A stretch of 64,000 nucleotides of DNA, from NCBI RefSeq assembly GCF_030144855.1, contig NC_082710.1:152148001-152212000 (forward strand). The letters run 5' to 3'. Below, in pieces: positions 50,101 through 56,479 of the stretch. The DNA comes from Hypanus sabinus (taxonomy: Eukaryota). The translations under genes were made by a program, and so were the position numbers. Position 1 is the stretch's first letter. Each line of letters begins with the position of its first letter. Under the pieces are notes generated by a model, which was not told the origin of the DNA, searched no databases, and worked only from the letters and a program-made list of their open reading frames with translations.

Positions 50101-53100
50101 ATGAGGGATGAGCTGGCCAAAGTTAAATGGGCGGATGCCCTGGCAGGAAAGACAGTGGATCAGCAGTGGAAGATATTCTTGGGCATAATACAAAAGATGC
50201 AAAAGCAGTTCATTCCAATGAGAAGGAAGGATTCAAAGAGGGGGAAGAGGCCACAGTGGTTGACAAAGGAAGTCAGAGATTGTATAGCATTAAAGAAAAA
50301 GAAGTATGACAGGGCTAAGATGAGTGGGAATACAGATGATTGGGAAAGTTTTAAGGAACAGCAGATCTTAACTAAAAAAGCATTACGGAGAGAAAAAATC
50401 AGGTATGAGCTCAGTCTAGCCAGGAATATAAAAGGGGATAGCAAAAGCTTTTTTAGCTATGTGAAGAGAAAGAAGATAGTTAAGAACAATGTTGGCCCCT
50501 TGAAGAATGAATTGGGAGAAATTGCTATGGAAAACAGGGAAATGGCAACAGAATTTAATGCATACTTTAGATCTGTCTTCACCAGGGAGGACACAAGCAA
50601 TCTCCCAGATGTATGGATGGGCCAGGGTCATAAGATATCAGAGGAATTGAGACAGATTGACATTAGGAAAGAAACTGTGATTAGTAGACTGGTAGGACTG
50701 AAGGCTAATAAATCCCCGGGTCCAGATGGTCTGCATCCGAGGGTTCTAAAAGAGGTGGCTCAGGAAATTGTGGATGCATTGGTAATCAGTTTCCAATGTT
50801 CCTTAGATTCAGGATCAGTTCCTGAAGATTGGAGAGTGGCTAATGTTGTCCCACTTTTCAAGAAGGGAGGGAAGGAGAAAACGGAGAACTATGGCCCTGT
50901 TAGCCTAACGTCAGTCGTGGGGAAGATGCTTGAGTCCATTATTAAGGACGAAATAGTGGCACATCTAGATGGCTGAAATAGGATTAGGCTGAGCCAGCAT
51001 GGATTTACCAAGGGCAAATCATGCTTGACTAATCTGTTGGAGTTTTTTGAGGGTGTAACAAGGATGTTAGACGAGGGTAAGCCAGTAGATGTTGTGTACC
51101 TAGATTTTCAGAAGGCATTCGATAAGGTGCCACATAGGAGATTGGTGAGTAAAATCAGAGCTCATGGCATTGGGGGCAGGGTTTCAACATGGATAGAAAA
51201 CTGGTTGGCAGATAGAAAGCAAAGGGTAGCAGTGAATGGGTGTTTCTCAGACTGGCTGGAGGTGACTAATGGGGTACCACAGGACTCTGTATTGGGACGA
51301 CAGCTCTTTACAATTTATGTCAATGATTTAGATGAGGGCATTGAAAACTATATCAGCAAGTTTGCTGACGATACTAAACTGGGTGGCAGTGTGACATGCG
51401 AAGAGGACGTTAGGAGAATACAGGGAGACTTGGATAGGCTGAGTGAGTGGGCAGATACTTGGCAGTTGTCATTCAATGTGAATAAATGTGAAGTTATCCA
51501 CTTTGGAAGCTGGAACAAGAGGGCAGAGTATTGTCTGAACGGTGTAGAGTTAGGTAACGGAGAAATGCAAAGAGACCTAGGAGTCCTAGTTCACCAGTCA
51601 ATGAAGGTGAATGAGCAAGTGCAACAGGCAGTGAAGAGGGCAAATGGAATGTTGGCCTTTGTTACAAGGGGAATTGAATACAAGAGCAAGGATGTTCTTT
51701 TGCATTTGTACAGGGCCCTGGTGAGACCACACCTGGAATATTGTGTACAGTTTTGGTCTCCAGGTTTAAGGAAGGACATTCTGGCAATTGAGGAAGTGCA
51801 GAGTAGGTTCACTAGGTTGATTCCTGGGATGGCAGGGCTGTCTTACGCAGAGAGATTGGAGAGATTGGGCTTGTACACACTGGAATTGAGGAGATTGAGA
51901 GGGGATCTGATTGAAACGTTTAAGATAATTAAAGGATTTGATAGGATTGAGGCAGGAAATATGTTCCAGATGTTGGGAGAGTCCAGTACCAGAGGTCAGT
52001 TATTTAAAACAGAGTTGAGGAAGAGCTTCTTCTCCCAGAGGTGTGGAATGCACTGCCTCAGAAGACGGTGGTGGCCAATTCTCTGGATGCTTTCAAGAAG
52101 GAGCTGGATAGATATCTGATGGATAGGGGAATCAAGGGATATGGGGACAAGGCAGGGACTGGGTATTGATAGTGAATGATCAGCCGTGATCTCAGAATGG
52201 CAGTGCAGACTCGAGGGGCTGAATGGTCTACTTCTGCACCTATTGTCTATTGTCTATAGAATGGATGGCTACAGTCAATATTCTGGTAGAAGGTATTAGA
52301 TGTCCTACTTAATTACTTCCTCACGAGATTTCAGGGGAAAGGGCTTTTTCCTGCACTATCCTGAATTATTCTCAAATGCTCATGGCTTTTATATTGCTCT
52401 TCCCTAACAAGAGAAAATCTGCTGATGCTGAAAACCCGAGCAGCACACACAACATGCTGAAGGAACTCAGCAGACCAGGCAGCATGTATGGAAAAGTGTA
52501 CAGTCGTCATTTCAGGATAAAACCCTTCAGCAACGCCTGCCTCAGCAATGGCATGGGCCTTCCACAATTTCCCTATTGTCACCACAGGCCTACTGCAGAT
52601 GGAATGTCTCTGGCTTTCCAATTGGATCACCTGGGCGCTAACAATACCTTTATCAGGGTGTATTGATTGTCTATTTATTACAGTTCAGCATACTCAATTA
52701 TTTTATACAAGTAGTTCTGAAAGAGAGAAAAAGAACAAAAGAATAGTGAAAATGAGCAAAGGTATCTACAGAGAGGGAAAGACCGATAAATATGGATAGA
52801 AAGCTAGAAGTTTATAGCTTTTATAGTTTCTTATATAATGTACTGTGTCTTGCTGTCACAAAACAACATATTTCTCAACATATGCAAGTGACATTAAAAC
52901 TGATTCAGGGATCATAACACTTCTCGCATACTTGTCCGGCTAATCAATATCTCTCTCTAATCCTCACTGTATATGACCACTAGTGTCACCTGCAAACTAA
53001 GCAAACATTAAGTAAATGGGGGTGGGGGGAGGGAAGTAGTTTTAAGTTAAAGATTTCACTTCTCTTTTTGATAACATTTTGCCAACAAACATCGTTCTGT

Positions 53101-53471
53101 AAGTGATGAAGATGCAAAGTATGGCTCTTCATCTCTTCCACGTCGTACCCCTATTTACATGAATAGAAACTAATATCGAGCACAGTTTTTGTTTTAGTGT
53201 TAGGCACTGGTAAAATGAAGCCTAATGAAACCCGAAATGTTGTAAAACCAAAACAGAAGCTCCATTCTGGTGATAGATCGGTTTTAAGAGATTAAACACT
53301 ACACTTACACAAAAACATCAGCGCACTTTGCAGAACACAAGCTGTTTTGACTACTAGCTCACTTCTGTTCAGTGGTGGCCCTTCGTTCAGTATAATTAAA
53401 ACTAGAAAAGTGTACTTACTGGATAAAACTACTTGTAAGTGGAAGAAACCCAGGACCACACACAGGAACAT
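9767..53471 (-). CDS. Non-classical MHC class I-like heavy-chain gene, partial (candidate leader + alpha1 + alpha2 exons; 3' exons not in window)
   Basis: Exons 53420-53471, 14507-14767 and 9767-10042 all use phase-1 GT-AG junctions. They splice in frame to [54 protein letters not shown]...[18 protein letters not shown]...AYDGRY...KKKWD...[20 protein letters not shown]. Linking the leader to the other exons is inference. Confidence 0.75.
10631..10700. repeat. 35-bp tandem duplication built from GATGTTCATCT sub-repeats
   Basis: 10631-10665 and 10666-10700 differ at one base. Confidence 0.95.
11190..12050. mobile_element. Penelope-like fragments in opposite orientations
   Basis: Minus-strand terminal repeat and purine-rich UTR (~11190-11680), followed by a plus-strand GIY-YIG C-terminal piece (..[14 protein letters not shown]). 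Confidence 0.65.
13485..13815 (+). mobile_element. Penelope-like 3' UTR and terminal repeat
   Basis: Pyrimidine-rich tract, then CTGATGA motif and the ...gatttccagcatctg terminus shared with other copies. Confidence 0.65.
14507..14767 (-). CDS. MHC class I-like alpha1-domain exon (261 nt)
   Basis: Acceptor ttgttctctctag precedes 14767 and donor GTTAGT follows 14507. It encodes SHSLIYYYT...PEY..VG.LDG...PRQRWM...YW...NTT with the conserved N86 sequon. Confidence 0.95.
15075..15358 (-). mobile_element. tRNA-derived V-SINE-like SINE
   Basis: A/B-box-like head (tggctgttagctcaatg ... ggagttcaattc), central gtgggttttcctgggtgttctgatttcttcccacagtc domain and LINE-derived tail ending ctaaataaaataaaa. 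Confidence 0.7.
15750..16400 (+). mobile_element. Degraded Penelope-like fragment
   Basis: Nucleotide similarity to 32050-32900. Confidence 0.6.
16769..17115 (-). repeat. 3' LTR (347 bp)
   Basis: About 44 differences from the 5' LTR by manual count (~87% identity); adjacent to the PPT. Confidence 0.93.
17194..19876 (-). mobile_element. hAT (Charlie/SPIN-like) DNA transposon nested in the Gypsy element
   Basis: TIRs CAGGGGTCAGCAACCT / GGGTTGCTGACCCCTG (15/16 match) and 8-bp TSD GTCTAGGA (17186-17193 and 19877-19884). Confidence 0.95.
17662..19592 (-). pseudogene. hAT transposase pseudogene (GTF2IRD2/SPIN-like family)
   Basis: Fragments [39 protein letters not shown] and [15 protein letters not shown]. 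It has stops and frameshifts, and the first catalytic Asp motif reads ACAES instead of ACDES. Confidence 0.9.
19885..23330 (-). pseudogene. Gypsy gag(3')-pol remnant with chromodomain
   Basis: Chromodomain [21 protein letters not shown] motifs [32 protein letters not shown] and VYLDDIL; protease-like [10 protein letters not shown] (mutated DSG); integrase-region motifs. Confidence 0.88.
23335..25468 (-). mobile_element. L1-clade LINE 5' portion (5' UTR, ORF1, start of ORF2 endonuclease) nested in Gypsy gag
   Basis: ORF1 fragments [25 protein letters not shown] and SYPAKL. After an AT-rich spacer, a degraded APE-like start lies near 23750. Confidence 0.8.
26014..26361 (-). repeat. 5' LTR (348 bp)
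   Basis: TATAAAAA at 26222-26229. Followed on the minus strand by the PBS region and the gag ATG at 25997 (MNPAETDP). Confidence 0.93.
30855..33550 (+). mobile_element. Penelope-like element (RT + GIY-YIG), degraded, with duplicated 5' piece and two tandem terminal repeats
   Basis: [42 protein letters not shown], and the YIGET..RL..F.EH GIY-YIG region near 32700. Confidence 0.85.
36040..36242 (+). mobile_element. V-SINE-like SINE, 5'-truncated
   Basis: Central ggtttcctccc domain and a tail matching 15075-15358. Confidence 0.6.
36797..36999. repeat. Fold-back pair of Penelope terminal repeats
   Basis: Arms ~36828-36890 and ~36935-36999 are reverse complements; the ORF track gives similar peptides on both strands. 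Confidence 0.8.
37615..41450 (-). mobile_element. Old near full-length CR1 LINE
   Basis: 3' tail near 37615, RT ([11 protein letters not shown]), EN (SNHNMIEF) and ORF1 esterase ([14 protein letters not shown]) remnants in order. Confidence 0.85.
41592..41878. mobile_element. 287-bp fold-back Penelope-derived insertion with 12-bp TSD
   Basis: Inverted arms 41592-41702 and 41729-41841; ACTCTAACACTA at 41580-41591 and 41879-41890. Confidence 0.88.
41900..42250 (-). mobile_element. Rex1/Babar-like RT fragment
   Basis: [50 protein letters not shown]. Confidence 0.75.
43555..45120 (+). mobile_element. Two Rex1/Babar-like 3' fragments (~43555-44235 with an (ATT)n run; ~44625-45120)
   Basis: Similarity to 4085-4725 ([19 protein letters not shown] motifs in degraded frames). 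Confidence 0.6.
45150..47020 (+). mobile_element. Degraded CR1 EN-RT fragment
   Basis: [34 protein letters not shown] and DSFVAKF fragments. Confidence 0.8.
48265..50976 (+). CDS. CR1 ORF1 (Zn finger + SGNH esterase) fused in frame to ORF2 APE endonuclease and RT N-terminus, 903 aa
   Basis: CSVC..C.RC zinc finger, GDS / HVGTND / DGLHL esterase motifs, LYLNARS..SDHN APE motifs, ending at a premature TGA. Confidence 0.85.
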   Translation: MGETVRAVVCSVCSMWEVRVNTVVPDDHTCKRCVQLQLLSARVRELEQELDELRIIREVEAEIDRSYQEVVTPKNQEVGRWVMVQRGRGSMQREQCTPAAIPINNKYTVLDTVDRDDLPGMSCSGPASGTEIEPSTRKGRRDEKRAIVLGDSIIRGADRRFCGADWESRMVCCLPGARVWDISDRVQAILESEGMNPDVVVHVGTNDVGKVSEGVLLREFTELGVKLKGRTSRVTISRLLPVPHASEVKNRMIMHINKRLRAWCRKEGFRFLDNWSLFQGHWDLFRRDGLHLNRRGTNTLAGVFASAARGGFKLDVQGAGIQIQRVVQKVHGVKCVQGLGDLEKVIKIQGAICPMEVQGAGLGTVDSVLSKERRNGLRILYLNARSVRNKKDELEAQMKMGNYDIVGIMETWLQGDQAWELSVPGYMCYRRDRNMGRGGGVALLVRNEIQALARGDLGTGEVESVWIELRNSKGKKTLMGVVYSPPNSSVDIGYKLIREFTLACAKGNAVVMGEFNMQVDWENQVGTGPQDREFVECLRDVFLEQLVLEPTRNEAILDLVMCNEQEFISDLEVKEPLGSSDHNMISFYLQFERDRGRSEVSVLQLNEGDYGAMRDELAKVKWADALAGKTVDQQWKIFLGIIQKMQKQFIPMRRKDSKRGKRPQWLTKEVRDCIALKKKKYDRAKMSGNTDDWESFKEQQILTKKALRREKIRYELSLARNIKGDSKSFFSYVKRKKIVKNNVGPLKNELGEIAMENREMATEFNAYFRSVFTREDTSNLPDVWMGQGHKISEELRQIDIRKETVISRLVGLKANKSPGPDGLHPRVLKEVAQEIVDALVISFQCSLDSGSVPEDWRVANVVPLFKKGGKEKTENYGPVSLTSVVGKMLESIIKDEIVAHLDG
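51025..52119 (+). CDS. CR1 ORF2 reverse transcriptase core and C-terminus (same frame, after the premature stop)
   Basis: [31 protein letters not shown] and RPHLEYC motifs. Confidence 0.9.
   Translation: MTNLLEFFEGVTRMLDEGKPVDVVYLDFQKAFDKVPHRRLVSKIRAHGIGGRVSTWIENWLADRKQRVAVNGCFSDWLEVTNGVPQDSVLGRQLFTIYVNDLDEGIENYISKFADDTKLGGSVTCEEDVRRIQGDLDRLSEWADTWQLSFNVNKCEVIHFGSWNKRAEYCLNGVELGNGEMQRDLGVLVHQSMKVNEQVQQAVKRANGMLAFVTRGIEYKSKDVLLHLYRALVRPHLEYCVQFWSPGLRKDILAIEEVQSRFTRLIPGMAGLSYAERLERLGLYTLELRRLRGDLIETFKIIKGFDRIEAGNMFQMLGESSTRGQLFKTELRKSFFSQRCGMHCLRRRWWPILWMLSRRSWIDI
53420..53471 (-). CDS. Candidate signal-peptide (leader) exon of the class I-like gene
   Basis: ATG at 53471, 17 mostly hydrophobic codons ([17 protein letters not shown]) plus 1 nt, then a consensus GTAAGT donor. 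Phase 1 matches the alpha1 exon, and it sits in non-repetitive sequence. Confidence 0.55.
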
Positions 53472-53544
53472 GCTGAACTGTGCACTACGACTCACCAAGA
53501 CAGGAGCGGAACTGAGTCGGACTTCTCCTTCAAATTTTCACCAG

Positions 53545-54150
53545 AAAATCCAGGATCTCCCAGTGGCCTCCCATTTTAATTCCACTTTCCACTCACATTC
53601 TGACATGTCCATCCGTGGCCTCCTCTGCTGTTGTGTTGACACCATACTCAGGTTAGAGGAGAAAACCCTTGTATTCCGTCTGGGCAGTCTCCACCCTGAT
53701 GGCATGAACATCAATTTCTCTAACTTCTGATAATGTCCAAACCCCTCACCCCCGTCACCATTCTCCTTCCCCTTATTCCTCTCTGCACATACCTCCTCAC
53801 CAGCCTGTTGCCTCATTCCGGTGCATCTCCCCCTTTTCTTTCACACATACCCTTCTAACCTCTCCTATTAGGTTCCCCTTCTCCAGCGCCGTTATCTCTT
53901 TCACCAATAAACTTCTCAGCTCTTTACTTCACCCCACCCCTCCCAGTTTCACCTAACACCTTGTGTTTCTCCCTCCCCTCCCCCACTTTTCAACTCTAAT
54001 TCCTCACCTTTTTTCGCCTGGTCCTTCTGAATGTTCTCAGCCTGAAGCATCAACTGTACTCTTTTCCATAGATGTGGCCTAGCCTACTGAGTTTTGCCAG
54101 CATTTTGTGTGTACTGTTTGGATTTCCAACATCTGTAGATTTTCTCTTGT
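53545..54150 (+). mobile_element. Penelope-like 3' fragment immediately upstream of the candidate leader exon
   Basis: DLPVASHFNS..RLEEKTLVFRLGSLHPDGMNI, then the UTR and terminal repeat. Confidence 0.8.
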
Positions 54151-55592
54151 TCTCTTGGAACTACTTGATTGAGCAAAGCATGACTGATCTGCCCCAGATC
54201 TCAGTTATTCTTTGTTACCTCCACAAATGCTCAACTGCTGAATTGCTGACTATTCTTGCATTTTATCCTACCTTTAAAAATGTCAAATGGTCTGGGCTTT
54301 ACACTCACAAGTGCAGAGAGTTCCAGAGAAGTCATTACACTTCAAGAAGAAATACCATTGTGCCTCATTTTTAAATTACTGGCCTCTAATCTTGTGACAT
54401 TCTCTCCTCATTTAAAATTCTCCCAAGAGTGGAAACTACTCAACATATAATTATTTACAGATAAACCATATATATCACTACATTCACTGGTGATGCAGCT
54501 TGTTATAGTAACTGCTCTGTTCATCAATGCAAGAAGTTTCAGATAACCTTATGAAAATCAACCTGCCTTCCATGCACAGTCAAATATCAAAGTCACCCCC
54601 TCATCATTTTCTCTTCTCCCCACTTCTTCAGGCAGAAGATAACAGCTACCATGCTCAAGGACAACATCTATCTTACTCTTAATATGGTCTTCAATGGACC
54701 AATAAAGAAAAATCTTGACCTGACCATTTACCTCACAATAGTCCTTCCATCTTATGGTTTGGCTGAACTGCACTTTCAATGTAACTATAACATTACATTC
54801 TGAATTATGTTATTGTATTTCCCTTTGTTATAATGCAATCTAATAATGTTCTGAAATAATCAAAATGAAAAGCATGCAAAATCAGTGTTTAAATGCACTG
54901 AATCTCAGTACATGTGAAAATAATAAACTGATTACACCTTGCTGTATACCCATGGATTTATTGTTTCAAAAAATTCACTCCTCATTCTTCTGAATTCCAG
55001 TGAGTACCCATCTGCTATTGTTAGCCACTTATGGTTTGACAGCCTTCTATTCCCAGGGATTAGTAGATGCTTCTCTTCCACATCGCCCCTAATGCTAGCA
55101 CATACAGAAGCAAATGCAAGTTCACTTTAAATTTAGTGACATTTTTCAAGCAAGTTATTACTATTAGTGGCAAAACAGAACAGATTGGGAAGGCACAGCA
55201 TTGCAAGTCATAGAGGTAGAGCCATACCTGGTTCTAGTTCTGAATGTATGGAGTTTGTTCTCTCTGCGACCTTGTGAGTGTCCCGGTTTCCTCGCACATC
55301 TGAATGATAATTTGGTTTGGTAGGATAATTGGCTAATGTAAATTTGCCCAAATGTTTGGTAAGTAATAAAAAAGGTGGAAGAGTATGGAAAAAATAAAAT
55401 TGGATTAGAGCAGGACTATTGTCATCCTGTTGAAGGGTCTCAGCCAAAAACATCGATTGTACTTTGCTCTGGCAAATCTCATAACCTGTTCGGCAATTAC
55501 AGTTGCTAAAGTGAAGGGATGTTGACAGTACTCTTTTCCATAGATGCTGCCTGGCCTGCTGAGTTCCCCCAGTATTTTGTATGTGTTACTTG

Positions 55593-56377
55593 TGTTACGT
55601 ACCCCGTAACTGGGTCAATTACCAGCAAACATAGAGAGGTCTGTTGAAGACTGATGGTACTATTTTAACAGTATTTATTGATAAAAATACAAAAAATAAT
55701 ATCAATGCAAACATACAGATAATATACGTCATCAATACTAAATCTAAAAGCGCGGGCATAATAATAATCCATAAGAAATAGCTCTATCGTTGTCTAGGGG
55801 TTAATGTATTGTCCGATGGAAATATAAACGTCACTTTAGTTCATTCAAGCTGCAGCTATTTGGTTTGAGAGACAGACGGGTTAAAACTTGCCCAGTCCTT
55901 TTATGACGTCAATCCTTCGAGAGTCGTTGGGAGTTGATTTCCCCGTTGTTAGCTATAAACTGTTCTTCCGTGGTCAAGGCACACTGATTCCGCGGCAAAT
56001 GGAAACGGACGCACGTGGGCTTCCCACCGGCTTTTGCTATTACGGGATCGCTAGCGTTTCTTCTGGTGCGTCTGAGGGGCTGTTCCTACAGACCCTCTTT
56101 TATCCTGACTCACAAGGTCTCAGTTGTCAATCAGGTTGGGATGATGCAATCCCTCCACAAACCAGCCCGCTTTGCCTGAGGGCTTCCACGAAGCACAGTA
56201 TTTTAATACACAATACTGTCTCCAAGAGACAATGCCCGGTTCCCGTAGCTTTATCTCGCCGGAGGGGGCGGGGGTGTCAAGACATTCCAAACGTCTCTCT
56301 CTCATTTCCTGGGTCTCCTGACCTTAATCCACAGCGATCCTGCGATTCTCAAAACGGAGGGAGCTGCAGGCGTAACA
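55593..56377 (-). mobile_element. Solo LTR (785 bp), inserted in a Penelope terminal repeat
   Basis: TGTTACG...CGTAACA termini and 4-bp TSD CTTG (55589-55592 and 56378-56381). Orientation is inferred from minus-strand AATAAA (55674-55679) and GATAAAA near 56100; the element is CpG-rich. Confidence 0.85.
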
Positions 56378-56479
56378 CTTGGATTTGTAGCATTTGCAGA
56401 TTCTCTTTTGTTTGCTATTGCTGTTGATGAACAGCGAGCTGAAGTGGCAGTTTCCATGCTGTATGACCTGATGGCTCCA

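Larger units (their letters stand above)
48112..52255 (+). mobile_element. Full-length, young CR1 LINE
   Basis: Candidate 7-bp TSD ATAGAAT (48105-48111 and 52256-52262), 5' UTR, ORF1, ORF2 and an (ATTGTCT)n tail. Confidence 0.92.

Noticed and set aside
53488-53497. GTGAGT donor-like sequence just upstream of the candidate leader ATG (minus strand)
   Set aside because: No supporting upstream exon is visible. It is kept only as a caveat on the leader assignment.
55888-56427. 179-aa ORF in CpG-rich DNA
   Set aside because: Lies almost entirely inside the solo LTR and runs out through its terminus; no protein motif.
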